Origin: Aciduliprofundum sp.
GTDB taxonomy: Archaea > Thermoplasmatota > Thermoplasmata > Thermoplasmatales > ARK-15
Assembly: GCA_002878135.1 (NCBI GenBank)
Contig: PNIT01000043.1
Coordinates: forward strand, 1 to 35,168
DNA length: 35,168 nucleotides
Direction of reading: 5' to 3'
The notes beneath the pieces are model-generated. The model was not told the origin of the DNA and searched no databases. It worked only from the letters and a program-made list of their open reading frames with translations. The position numbers were made by a program, and so were the translations under genes. Positions 26,586 through 35,168 of the stretch are shown here, piece after piece. Numbering within the stretch: position 1 is the first letter of the stretch; each line of letters begins with the position of its first letter.

Positions 26586-28331
26586 ATGGGAATAATCTAC
26601 AGGGTATCAGGACCAGTGGTAATGGCAAAGGATGTTGAAAATGCAAAGATGTATGATGTGGTGCTTGTTGGGGAAGAGGGTCTAGTGGGTGAGATAATAA
26701 GGATATCTGGGAATACATCCATAATACAGGTGTATGAGGATACAAGTGGCCTGAGGCCTGGGGAACAGGTGAGGAATACAGGTTCACCCCTTTCAGTTGA
26801 GCTGGGGCCAGGTCTCCTGGGCAACATATACGATGGCATACAGAGACCCCTTCCTGTTCTCAAGGAGAAGAGCGGTAGCTTTATAAAAAGGGGAATAACG
26901 GCTGTTCCACTTGATGAGAATAAAAGATGGGAATTCATACCAGCCCTGAAGGCTGGTGATGATGTTTCCCCAGGGACCATTGTTGGTTATGTTAAGGAAT
27001 CCAGGACCATAGATACGAAGATCATGGTCCCATGGGGTATAAAGGGAAGGATAGCCAGTATTTCAGAGGGAAAATTCACAATAAGGGAGAATGTCTATTC
27101 CATTGAGACTGGAGGTAAAATGATTGACCTCGGTCTTACACAGAGATCCAATGTGAGGTTTCCGAGGCCATACAGGGAAAAATTACCTCCACATGTACCC
27201 CTTATAACGGGGCAGAGAGTAATAGATACATTCTTCACAGTTGCCAAGGGTGGTACTGCCTGTGTCATAGGACCATTTGGAAGTGGTAAGACTGTTATAC
27301 AGCACCAGCTTGCAAAATGGTCAGATACTGATATTGTTGTCTATGTTGGATGCGGTGAGAGGGGAAATGAGATGACTGAGGTACTTGTTACCTTCCCTGA
27401 GCTAATAGATCCCAGGACTGGTGGACCTCTTATGGACAGGACTGTACTCATAGCAAACACTAGCAATATGCCCGTGGCAGCGAGGGAGGCAAGCGTTTAT
27501 ACTGCAATAACTATAGCTGAGTTCTACAGGGATATGGGTTATGATGTTTCCCTCATGGCAGACAGCACAAGCAGGTGGGCGGAGGCAATGAGGGAGATTT
27601 CGGGTAGGCTGGAGGAAATGCCAGGTGAGGAGGGTTATCCAGCATATCTGAGCAGAAGGCTTGCAGAATTTTATGAGAGGGCGGGCAGGGTAATAAACAT
27701 AAATGGATCCCAGGGTTCTGTAACAGTTGTTGGAGCAGTTTCACCACCCGGTGGAGATACAAGTGAACCTGTTTCACAGGGTACACTCAGGCTCACAAAG
27801 GTTTTCTGGGCACTGGATGCATCACTTGCAAACAGGAGGCATTTCCCTTCAGTTAACTGGCTAACAAGCTATTCCCAGTACCATTCCACCGTGGGTGAAT
27901 GGTTTACAAAGAATGTAAGCCCGGACTGGAATATATACAGGGACAGGGCAATGGCGCTCCTTCAGCAGGAGGAGGAACTGCAGGAGATTGTACAGCTCGT
28001 TGGCCCTGACGCCCTTCCAGACAGGGAAAGGGTAATACTTGATACAGCGAAGTTGATAAGGGAGGATTATCTTCAGCAGAGCGCCTTTGATGAGATTGAT
28101 ACATACTGTTCATTAAAGAAGCAGAATCTGATGTTAAAGACAATTCTTCTTTTCCATGATGAGGCAATGAAATCACTTGAAGAGGGTATTACACTAAAAC
28201 AGATCATGTCCATGAAGGTAAGGGATGAGATAACGAGGATGAAGGAGATAGATGAGAAGAACCTTGACAGGATCCTGAGGATCATGGAGAACATAAGGAA
28301 TGAATTTTCCTCGCTGAAAGGGGGTAAATGA
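26586..28331 (+). CDS. atpA: A-type ATP synthase catalytic subunit A (no intein)
   Basis: It has the P-loop GPFGSGKT, the non-homologous region, and GERGNEM. The ATG is at 26586; the ORF track uses a GTG at 26583. At about 581 aa it has the standard length for an intein-free A subunit. Confidence 0.97.
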   Translation: MGIIYRVSGPVVMAKDVENAKMYDVVLVGEEGLVGEIIRISGNTSIIQVYEDTSGLRPGEQVRNTGSPLSVELGPGLLGNIYDGIQRPLPVLKEKSGSFIKRGITAVPLDENKRWEFIPALKAGDDVSPGTIVGYVKESRTIDTKIMVPWGIKGRIASISEGKFTIRENVYSIETGGKMIDLGLTQRSNVRFPRPYREKLPPHVPLITGQRVIDTFFTVAKGGTACVIGPFGSGKTVIQHQLAKWSDTDIVVYVGCGERGNEMTEVLVTFPELIDPRTGGPLMDRTVLIANTSNMPVAAREASVYTAITIAEFYRDMGYDVSLMADSTSRWAEAMREISGRLEEMPGEEGYPAYLSRRLAEFYERAGRVININGSQGSVTVVGAVSPPGGDTSEPVSQGTLRLTKVFWALDASLANRRHFPSVNWLTSYSQYHSTVGEWFTKNVSPDWNIYRDRAMALLQQEEELQEIVQLVGPDALPDRERVILDTAKLIREDYLQQSAFDEIDTYCSLKKQNLMLKTILLFHDEAMKSLEEGITLKQIMSMKVRDEITRMKEIDEKNLDRILRIMENIRNEFSSLKGGK

Positions 28332-28332
28332 C

Positions 28333-29724
28333 ATGCTTGAATATAGAACTGTATCACAGATAGCGGGTCCTCTTCTTTTTGTGGAGAACGTTGAGAATGC
28401 AGGATACAATGAGCTGGTGGAAATAACATTACCCAATGGTGAAAAGAAGAGTGGTCAGGTGCTTGATACAAGGAAGGGACTCGCAATAGTACAGGTATTC
28501 GGGCCAACCACGGGCCTTGATGTCCCAAATACAAGTGTAAAATTCCTTGGGGATATAGTAAGGCTACCTGTGAGCGATGAGATGCTGGGGAGGGTCTTTG
28601 ATGGACTTGGAAATCCCAGGGATGGTGGTGGACCCCTACTCTCAAAGGAGAAGATGGAGATAGTTGGCTATGCCATAAATCCATATGCAAGGGATGAGCC
28701 TTCTGAGTTCATACAGACAGGAATATCTGCCATAGATGGTATGAACACCCTGGTAAGGGGGCAGAAGCTTCCCATATTCTCAGCCTCCGGTCTGCCACAC
28801 AATGATATTGCAGCACAGATAGCAAGGCAATCAAAGGTTCTAGGTGAGGGTGAAAATTTTGCTGTCATATTTGCAGCCATGGGTATCACAAGTGAGGAAG
28901 CCAACTTCTTCATAGAGAGTTTCAGATCCACAGGTGCATTTGAAAGGGCTGTTATGTTCCTCAATCTGGCCTCGGATCCCAGCATGGAAAGGATAATTAC
29001 GCCGAGGATGGCGCTCACTGCCGCAGAATACCTTGCCTTTGAGAGGGATCTTCACGTGCTAGTGGTGCTGACTGATATGACAAATTATTGTGAGGCCCTG
29101 AGGGAGATTTCCGCTGCAAGGGAGGAGGTACCTGGAAGAAGGGGATACCCTGGATACATGTACACGGATCTTGCCACCATATATGAAAGGGCAGGGAGAA
29201 TAAAGGGAAAGAAGGGGTCAGTGACACAATTCCCAATACTCACCATGCCCGGGGACGACATTACGCATCCAATACCCGATCTCACAGGTTACATAACAGA
29301 GGGTCAGGTGGTATTATCGAGGGATCTCTTCCACAGGGGTATATATCCACCCATAGATGTACTGCTGAGCCTTTCCAGGCTGATGAACCAGGGTATAGGG
29401 AAGGGAAAAACAAGGGAGGATCACAGGGGTGTTGCCGATCAGCTCTATTCATCCTATGCCAGGGGCAGGGATCTGAGGAGCCTGAGTGCAATAGTGGGTG
29501 AGGGTGCACTCACACCAGAGGATAGGAAATTCCTTCACTTTGCCGACATATTTGAGAGGAGGTTCATAGGGCAGGGAAAGGATGAGGACAGGAGCATAGA
29601 GACAACATTGAACCTTGGATGGGAACTGCTTGCTGAGATACCGGAAAGCGAGCTAAAGAGGGTGAAGAAGGAACACATAGAGAAATATGGAAGGAGGTAC
29701 AGAAAGGAAGATGCCAATCAGTAA
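28333..29724 (+). CDS. atpB: A-type ATP synthase subunit B
   Basis: 463 aa with conserved B-subunit blocks ([37 protein letters not shown]). Confidence 0.97.
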   Translation: MLEYRTVSQIAGPLLFVENVENAGYNELVEITLPNGEKKSGQVLDTRKGLAIVQVFGPTTGLDVPNTSVKFLGDIVRLPVSDEMLGRVFDGLGNPRDGGGPLLSKEKMEIVGYAINPYARDEPSEFIQTGISAIDGMNTLVRGQKLPIFSASGLPHNDIAAQIARQSKVLGEGENFAVIFAAMGITSEEANFFIESFRSTGAFERAVMFLNLASDPSMERIITPRMALTAAEYLAFERDLHVLVVLTDMTNYCEALREISAAREEVPGRRGYPGYMYTDLATIYERAGRIKGKKGSVTQFPILTMPGDDITHPIPDLTGYITEGQVVLSRDLFHRGIYPPIDVLLSLSRLMNQGIGKGKTREDHRGVADQLYSSYARGRDLRSLSAIVGEGALTPEDRKFLHFADIFERRFIGQGKDEDRSIETTLNLGWELLAEIPESELKRVKKEHIEKYGRRYRKEDANQ

Positions 29725-30364
29725 CATTAAGCCAACAAGGATGGAACTCCTGAAACTTAAGAAGAGGATAGCGCTTGCCAGGAGAGGTCTTGAGCTCCTC
29801 AAGTTTAAGAGGGCAGCGCTTGTTATGGAATTCTTCAAGCTCCTCCAGAGGTCTAAGAACCTGAGGACAAATCTTGAGGAGATCTCAAGAAAGGCGTATG
29901 AAACAGTAAAGATAGCAGAGATTTACCATGGATCCACAGGCATAGAGAATGCTACCATGATGGTGAGAAAGATGCAGGGTATTTCCCTGAAAACAAGAAA
30001 TGTGATGGGTATAAGGATACCTGAGCTGGGTAAAAAATCCATAGAGGGTCTTATAGATCCAAAATACAGGATGATCATACTCTCTGCGAAGATAGATCAA
30101 TCCATAAATGATTTTGAGAGGTTCCACGAAACAATACTTGAGATAGCTGAGGTGGAAAACTCCATTAGAAGGCTTCTTGCTGAGATAGAGAAAACAAACA
30201 GGAGGTCAAACGCCATAGAGAATGTCTTGATACCTGAACTTGAGAGGCAGGCCACCTACCTTAAGATGAAGTTTGATGAGATGGAAAGGGATACATTCGT
30301 TACGCTTAAAAAGATAAAAAAGAACCTGGAGAAGAGAGAAAATGTGGAAAATGTGGCTTATTAA
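29711..30364 (+). CDS. atpD: A-type ATP synthase subunit D (central stalk)
   Basis: The conserved N-terminus [31 protein letters not shown] starts at the ATG at 29711. This overlaps the atpB 3' end by 14 nt. The ORF track extends to 29687. Confidence 0.9.
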   Translation: MPISNIKPTRMELLKLKKRIALARRGLELLKFKRAALVMEFFKLLQRSKNLRTNLEEISRKAYETVKIAEIYHGSTGIENATMMVRKMQGISLKTRNVMGIRIPELGKKSIEGLIDPKYRMIILSAKIDQSINDFERFHETILEIAEVENSIRRLLAEIEKTNRRSNAIENVLIPELERQATYLKMKFDEMERDTFVTLKKIKKNLEKRENVENVAY

Positions 30365-30434
30365 GAACATATGGCTTGTTAATCTGATAGCGGTCATGAT
30401 ATTCATGATAATACTTATAATGCTGGTGGTGTAA
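30342..30434 (+). CDS. Candidate micro-ORF encoding a 30-aa single-TM hydrophobic peptide
   Basis: My own translation gives [30 protein letters not shown], or 27 aa from the ATG at 30351. It begins inside the atpD 3' end after a purine-rich GGAGAAGAGAG. Its TAA stop at 30432-30434 is followed immediately by the atpH ATG at 30435. There is no homology evidence. Confidence 0.35.
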   Translation: MWKMWLIKNIWLVNLIAVMIFMIILIMLVV

Positions 30435-30770
30435 ATGGAGAATATAAATGAAGGCCTAAGAAAAATAAAGGAGATGGAGGAATACGTAACAAGAATGGTG
30501 AATGAGGAGAATGAAAAATCTCAGAGGGAAATTGAAGATGCAAAGAGGAAGGCTGAGGAAATAATATCAAATGCTATGAAGGAGCTTGAAAATCTGAAGA
30601 ATGCCATGCTGGAAGAGTACAGGAAAAATATAGAGAAAACAATAAATGAGATAAGGAATGAATGGAACATTAAGATGGAGAAATTGAAAAAAATAACTCT
30701 TGATGATGATTCTCTATTAGCCATAGCCAAAAGTATTCTGGAAGGTGAAGATGGTGCTAAGGCCCGTTAA
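30435..30770 (+). CDS. atpH: A-type ATP synthase subunit H (peripheral stalk, V-type G-like)
   Basis: 111 aa, an almost entirely charged coiled coil (EIEDAKRKAEEIISNAMKELENLK...). It lies directly upstream of atpI. Confidence 0.8.
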   Translation: MENINEGLRKIKEMEEYVTRMVNEENEKSQREIEDAKRKAEEIISNAMKELENLKNAMLEEYRKNIEKTINEIRNEWNIKMEKLKKITLDDDSLLAIAKSILEGEDGAKAR

Positions 30771-32706
30771 GATGTCAAAGATATACATCATTTCCCTGAT
30801 AGATTACAGGGAGTCCATTATTGACTATCTACATGAGAGGGGTGTAATACAGGTAGAGAATGTTGATAGGGAAATATCAAGATATCTGGACAGGTATGTT
30901 CAGGAGGATTCCAGAGGGATATCTGAACAGTATGTGAGGTTCAAGGGTCTTGAGAAATATCTTGTGCCCCATGAAATTAGGAAAAGGTATAGATTCAAAG
31001 ATCTCGATGATCTACTTTCCAGGATAAGGGAAATAAATATAGACGATGATGTACAGTCCATAAGGAATAAACTTGAGGAGATAAAGACCAAGATTAAGGC
31101 ACTTGAGAATAACCTCGAGAGCCTTGAGATCCTTAGAAAATTAGGCATAGATGCAAGCAACCTGGATTCAAGAAACATATTCTTCTTCATAGGAAGGATA
31201 GAGATAGAGGAAAAGGAAAGGTTTGAAGATGAGCTCAAGAATAGCAATCTGATATACAGGCTCTCAAGCGACCATTACCTTGAGTTCTTTGTAACGGGTC
31301 CCGCAAAACTGGAGGGAAAGGCACTTGAGATTCTCAACAGATACCATGCATCAATTCTTCAGCTTGATAGGTTTGATGGTAAAACGGATGAATTAATAGG
31401 GAAGATAAAGGATGAGATAAGGGGATTGAAAAATATTGAGGAGGATTTAAGAAAAGAACTGGAGGACATATCCAGGGAATATTACGATATTGTATGCGCC
31501 ATATCAGAGGAACTTGAGATATTTATGAAAAAGAATGAGGTAAAGACTAGGATTGCCTATGGAAAGAATGTTTTTGCAATAACGGGCTGGATACCCGACA
31601 GGGAGTTTGAGAAAATTAGGGAAGAGCTGGAAAAGATGACATCAAATAGTATACTGATGGGGAGGGTAAAAACTGATGAAGAACCTCCCACATTACTTGA
31701 AAACCCCAAAAAAATAAAATTCTTCGAATTTTTTGTAAAATTCTATTCATTGCCAAACTCACTTGAGATTGATCCAACCGTAATATTTTCCATAATTTTC
31801 CCTATATTCTTTGGTTTTATGCTCGGCGATGTTGGTTATGCAGTTATAATACTAATTTTCTCACTATGGTTGCTCAGAAAGGTAACAAGACCTAGCAAAA
31901 GGAGCCTCCTTCCCAGATCCCTCAGGAATTTTGCAAGGACTATGATGTCAAATTACAGCTGGGGGATGCTAGCCAGGGCCATGATATTCGGCTCATTATG
32001 GGGCATAGTATTCGGTATAATATTCAACGAATACTTTGGTATACAGCTTCCATATGCTCCACTGCTTGATCCCGTGAAGGAGGTATCAAAGCTTCTCTTA
32101 ATAACAGCCTGGATAGGTGTGATATACGTTACATACGGCCTTATACTTGGTGCCATCAACCATTACTCAATGTACAGATATTACGGTGAAAAGGGGAAGG
32201 CGCATCTGAGGGGGATGTACGGCAGGATAGGCTGGATTCTCATCACATGGGGTTTCACACTCTTTGGCCTATGGCTTCTCAAATGGCCACCCGTTTACGG
32301 CCTGGGCAATATACTTGGTGTATATGCTGGCATATCACTTCTCGTTGCCGGAACTGCGCTCATACTCTACGGTGAGGGTATATTCTCAGTTATGGAGATG
32401 GCTTCCATAATAAGCCATGTCCTCTCATTCACGAGGATTATGGGTGTACTCCTTGCAGCCGTTATACTTGCATCTGTTCTTGATAACATATTCCTCCATG
32501 CATATAGATATGGTGTATTATCACACATTGCCATTGCATTCCTTGTACTCATAGTTGGCCATGGCGTAAACATACTCATTGCAATATTTGAACCTGGCAT
32601 ACAGGGGGCAAGGTTACACTATGTTGAATTCTTTTCCAAATTTTTCCATGGGAACGGCAGACCTTTCATGCCATTTGCATCCAGGAGGAGATTCACAGAG
32701 AAATAA
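30751..32706 (+). CDS. atpI: A-type ATP synthase subunit I (stator a-subunit)
   Basis: About 651 aa with an N-terminal soluble coiled-coil domain, a C-terminal multi-TM domain and the conserved essential Arg region (SFTRIMGVLLA). MVLRPVKMSKIYII matches typical subunit I N-termini. The ORF track starts at a GTG at 30745. Confidence 0.9.
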   Translation: MVLRPVKMSKIYIISLIDYRESIIDYLHERGVIQVENVDREISRYLDRYVQEDSRGISEQYVRFKGLEKYLVPHEIRKRYRFKDLDDLLSRIREINIDDDVQSIRNKLEEIKTKIKALENNLESLEILRKLGIDASNLDSRNIFFFIGRIEIEEKERFEDELKNSNLIYRLSSDHYLEFFVTGPAKLEGKALEILNRYHASILQLDRFDGKTDELIGKIKDEIRGLKNIEEDLRKELEDISREYYDIVCAISEELEIFMKKNEVKTRIAYGKNVFAITGWIPDREFEKIREELEKMTSNSILMGRVKTDEEPPTLLENPKKIKFFEFFVKFYSLPNSLEIDPTVIFSIIFPIFFGFMLGDVGYAVIILIFSLWLLRKVTRPSKRSLLPRSLRNFARTMMSNYSWGMLARAMIFGSLWGIVFGIIFNEYFGIQLPYAPLLDPVKEVSKLLLITAWIGVIYVTYGLILGAINHYSMYRYYGEKGKAHLRGMYGRIGWILITWGFTLFGLWLLKWPPVYGLGNILGVYAGISLLVAGTALILYGEGIFSVMEMASIISHVLSFTRIMGVLLAAVILASVLDNIFLHAYRYGVLSHIAIAFLVLIVGHGVNILIAIFEPGIQGARLHYVEFFSKFFHGNGRPFMPFASRRRFTEK

Positions 32707-32707
32707 T

Positions 32708-33676
32708 CTATATGGAGATACCAAGCACAGAATGTATCACATTTCCTATGAGATATGTGCTCAGGGCAGCAAATACAGTGAGTGAAACTGTCCTTAGAAG
32801 GCTTTTCAATATGGGTGTGTCTGAAAGTATGGAAATCATGATGCTTGTTATTGACTGTGCAGTCACAACAAGTATGAATGATAATACAACTGCCAGGTTA
32901 CCACCCAGGAAAAGGAATGGTAATATTGGGAATATTGCGCCAAGTATGTAGAAAAGGCCCGTATTTATTGCGGATGAAAGTGGATTGGAGTACACCTTCT
33001 TTTCCTCTTCCATAACCTCACCAGTTACCCTTGACTTGAGCGTTTCAATCCTCACCCTTGATTCCCTGTAGTCCTTCTCAGCCTTCACAGAGAGGTATGC
33101 CCCTATTGCCATTGAAAGGCTTCCAGATATGCCCACCACAAGGCCGCCAATTGCAACATAAAGTGGAACAATGAGCACGGGTGCAAGTCCAGCCACTGAG
33201 GCAAGAACCTCAACCAGACCATCGGACATGCCATACACAGCATCCCTTATTTTCTCTGTTCTCCTTGCAACAAGCTCCTCCCTGTGCTCAAAAAAATCCT
33301 CATGGTAAATCTCATCAACTATGATCGCCCTAAGCCTTTCCCTGTATTCCTCTGGGACCATGTTCCCCTCAAGCATCCTTATATATGATTCTATGGCCCT
33401 CTTCTCACCCCTTTCAAGAATCTTGAGTGTGATTGATAGACCAAGGAGCCTGCGCAATAGGAGTGATATATGAACGCTGAATCTCGGCACTGCCTCCCTC
33501 TTATTCCTCAGCATGGATAGGAAGAATCTTGCGTGCTCCCTCTCCATTGCAGATAATTTCCTGAGGGATTCCCTGAGCTCCTCATCCTTTTCAATCTCAG
33601 CCAACTTTGAATAGAATAGATAATCCTTCATCTCCCCCCTATAGTATTTGTAGGTGATTGATTCAAAATCTTCCAT
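32708..33676 (-). CDS. Erythrin (ferritin-like di-iron) domain fused to a VIT1/CCC1 iron transporter (MbfA-like)
   Basis: The N-terminal four-helix domain has two E..ExxH-type motifs (AMEREHARFF, IVDEIYHEDFFEH). The C-terminal 5-TM VIT1 domain has the GMSDGLVEVLASVAG signature. The start is probably the ATG at 33676, overlapping the CYTH gene by 14 nt. The ORF track extends to 33799. Confidence 0.85.
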   Translation of the reverse strand: MEDFESITYKYYRGEMKDYLFYSKLAEIEKDEELRESLRKLSAMEREHARFFLSMLRNKREAVPRFSVHISLLLRRLLGLSITLKILERGEKRAIESYIRMLEGNMVPEEYRERLRAIIVDEIYHEDFFEHREELVARRTEKIRDAVYGMSDGLVEVLASVAGLAPVLIVPLYVAIGGLVVGISGSLSMAIGAYLSVKAEKDYRESRVRIETLKSRVTGEVMEEEKKVYSNPLSSAINTGLFYILGAIFPILPFLFLGGNLAVVLSFILVVTAQSITSIMISILSDTPILKSLLRTVSLTVFAALSTYLIGNVIHSVLGISI

Positions 33677-34190
33677 ACCCTTCCACCACCATCTCCAGAT
33701 ATGACCTTCTTTCAAACTTTTCAAGGGAAAGTTTTCTAGCAATCTCGAACAACCTTTCCTTTCCCCTTTCATAATCACCATGGGTTTCAAGCTCAACAAA
33801 GGTCCCCAGACCCTCCACTGAATCTATTGAGATCTCAACCCCTTCAAGCATATATCTTCTCCTTATCTTCCTTATTCTTGCAACTGGTGAGAATCCAAGA
33901 CCTATGAGTATGCCCCTCATATCACCGTTCACCCTCGATTCAATCTCCATCCTTGTTTTTGTCTCAAGATCAATCCTTTTGCCCTTATAGGTAATGATTG
34001 ATGATCCACCTGTTTTCCTCAGCCTCAGGGCCTCATCTGTATACCTGAAATCCCTGCAGGGGTGGTTAAAATACTCATCCTCCTGCACCTCCTCACCAAT
34101 ATATTCCCCTCCCATATCCCTTACCTTCTTTTCAAACTCCTCAGGTTCAGATATGGGGGCCTTGATCTCAATCTCAAGTTCATTCTCCAC
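33663..34190 (-). CDS. CYTH-domain protein (CyaB class IV adenylyl cyclase / triphosphate tunnel metalloenzyme family)
   Basis: 175 aa with the N-terminal ExExK signature (LEIEIKAP), DEYF, EALRLRK, ITYKGK and SVEGLGTFVELE. It has a GTG start 3 nt after the upstream stop. Confidence 0.85.
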   Translation of the reverse strand: MENELEIEIKAPISEPEEFEKKVRDMGGEYIGEEVQEDEYFNHPCRDFRYTDEALRLRKTGGSSIITYKGKRIDLETKTRMEIESRVNGDMRGILIGLGFSPVARIRKIRRRYMLEGVEISIDSVEGLGTFVELETHGDYERGKERLFEIARKLSLEKFERRSYLEMVVEGYGRF

Positions 34191-34193
34191 CCA

Positions 34194-34655
34194 TCAGGCA
34201 CCCCCTTTAAGTTCCTTGTCTGTATCAAAAACTTCCCTGTTAAGTTTCTTTCCCGCATAGTGAAGAATGACGAATAAAATAATTGAGACTATTATACCGG
34301 CTATCCAGGTGTAAATGCTGTTCAGATCCATCAAGAAAAAAACGTGCAGTATGAGCAGTATATCAACAAGTATGATTATGAATATGAAAAGCGCAAGGAT
34401 GAATGTGAGGACAAGAAGTGTGCCAGTAAGTACAATGAAATATAGGACAGGTTCAAGGCTATGGATGTTTATGCCAAAGAAATAATAGTTTAACCCTATG
34501 AATACAAGCCCAGATATTAGTATGCCCAATAGTATGTACCTTATTGACCTTAGGTATGCAATGGCTTCAAGGGCAGCAATTGCAACAAGAACCGTGAAGA
34601 GTATTAGCAAACCTGGACTTGATTCCAATAGGGAGAGGATCCCCTGATAGCTCAT
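34194..34655 (-). CDS. Polytopic membrane protein (about 4 TM), function unknown
   Basis: 153 aa, strongly hydrophobic, with a charged C-terminal tail (KKLNREVFDTDKELKGGA). It shares an ATGA overlap with the upstream membrane protein gene. Confidence 0.6.
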   Translation of the reverse strand: MSYQGILSLLESSPGLLILFTVLVAIAALEAIAYLRSIRYILLGILISGLVFIGLNYYFFGINIHSLEPVLYFIVLTGTLLVLTFILALFIFIIILVDILLILHVFFLMDLNSIYTWIAGIIVSIILFVILHYAGKKLNREVFDTDKELKGGA

Positions 34656-35116
34656 ACCTCCTCACCCCTGATCATGTATATTCTCCTCTTCAACCTGACA
34701 AAGAGTGTGAAGGTGAGAAGAGAAATTATGAAAAATACTATGATTGCCACAGCTATGTAAAGGGATGAAATTATTATCAATGGTAAAAATATCAACAGAT
34801 AGCCTATGAGTATAAGGTTAATCACCGTTATGGAATAGCCATTCTTCAATGCAAGGTAAAAGAATGGCATGAAAATAAGGGATGAAAGGATGCCGGCCAG
34901 TACTATTCTCTTATCAATAAAATATGAGTTGAGCGTAGCATAGAGATAGATTTCAATGATTATGAAAGAGATTAGGAAGATCCATTTGAAATATCTGGAA
35001 AAAATTACAAGTATTAATGATATAAATATGAGTACAATACCAGTTATTGTGCTGTTCTGATAGAGGTATGACAGCATTGAGGTCAATGTGTGAGGAAGCT
35101 GTATCGGATATTGCAT
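34652..35116 (-). CDS. Polytopic membrane protein (about 4 TM), function unknown; possible paralog of 34194-34655
   Basis: 154 aa, strongly hydrophobic, with a basic C-terminal tail (RLKRRIYMIRGEEV). The segment KRIVLAGILSSLIF resembles IRYILLGILISGLVF of the neighbouring gene. Confidence 0.6.
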   Translation of the reverse strand: MQYPIQLPHTLTSMLSYLYQNSTITGIVLIFISLILVIFSRYFKWIFLISFIIIEIYLYATLNSYFIDKRIVLAGILSSLIFMPFFYLALKNGYSITVINLILIGYLLIFLPLIIISSLYIAVAIIVFFIISLLTFTLFVRLKRRIYMIRGEEV

Positions 35117-35122
35117 ATTTTA

Positions 35123-35155
35123 TTGAATAAAAAGGATGTTTAAAAATTTATTCAA
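35123..35155. promoter_or_regulatory. 9-bp perfect inverted repeat (TTGAATAAA N15 TTTATTCAA) upstream of the membrane/CYTH/VIT1 operon
   Basis: Read directly from the sequence. The arms are at 35123-35131 and 35147-35155, which is 7-39 bp upstream of the ATG at 35116. It overlaps the position where a TATA box is expected. Confidence 0.3.
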
Positions 35156-35168
35156 AAAAAGAGTGTGA

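Noticed and set aside
26586-28331. A VMA-type intein in atpA, as found in Thermoplasma, Picrophilus and Ferroplasma.
   Set aside because: The length (about 581 aa) and the uninterrupted sequence immediately downstream of the P-loop ([17 protein letters not shown]) show there is no insertion.
28073-28690. A 205-aa ORF antisense across the atpA/atpB junction.
   Set aside because: It is opposite two of the best-conserved genes in the window, and its composition is His/Pro/Ser/Leu-rich shadow-frame noise. The many other 60-130-aa shadow ORFs inside confirmed genes are rejected on the same grounds, for example 837-1301, 11495-11989, 13358-13801, 26597-26980 and 28668-29018.
1-35168. A scan of the whole window for CRISPR repeats, IS or transposase genes, integrases, toxin-antitoxin pairs and restriction-modification or other defence genes.
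   Set aside because: None was found. Every ORF longer than about 80 aa that is not a shadow frame is accounted for by housekeeping, transport or unknown membrane functions. The window reads as core chromosome and not as an accessory island.

Overview
This window is a compact, gene-dense core chromosomal segment of an archaeon. Gene content shows this: Orc1/Cdc6, RadA, Pelota, aIF6, ribosomal proteins L31e, L39e and S19e, MBF1, PAN, SepF and a complete A1A0 ATP synthase operon. AGG/ATA-rich codon usage and FolC suggest a Thermoplasmata/DHVE2-like euryarchaeon. PAN is present and atpA has no intein, which argues against Thermoplasma, Picrophilus or Ferroplasma proper. The taxon cannot be fixed without a database search.

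I support about 47 protein genes, one tRNA-Ala(CGC), the small L39e gene (below the ORF-track cutoff) and one box C/D sRNA. All are tightly packed, often with ATGA or stop/start overlaps. I saw no CRISPR array, IS element, integrase or prophage.

The observations most worth a second look are:
- A textbook box C/D sRNA filling the 59-bp gap between the PAN and OFOR-gamma stop codons.
- A 30-codon hydrophobic micro-ORF between atpD and atpH, in an ATPase operon with the order K-E-C-F-A-B-D-(micro-ORF)-H-I.
- A tightly coupled four-gene operon: two possibly paralogous 4-TM proteins, a CYTH/CyaB enzyme and an erythrin-VIT1 iron transporter.
- A Mut7-C (PIN-like) nuclease gene overlapping a Pelota gene that starts at TTG.
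- A cobalamin-domain radical SAM enzyme of the type used for archaeal lipid C-C chemistry, next to an unrecognised 111-aa protein.
- A bacterial-type (class I) GAPDH.
- An orphan OFOR gamma subunit co-oriented with sepF.

All functional calls come from motif and family recognition by eye on the supplied translations. No homology search, RNA folding or statistics were run.
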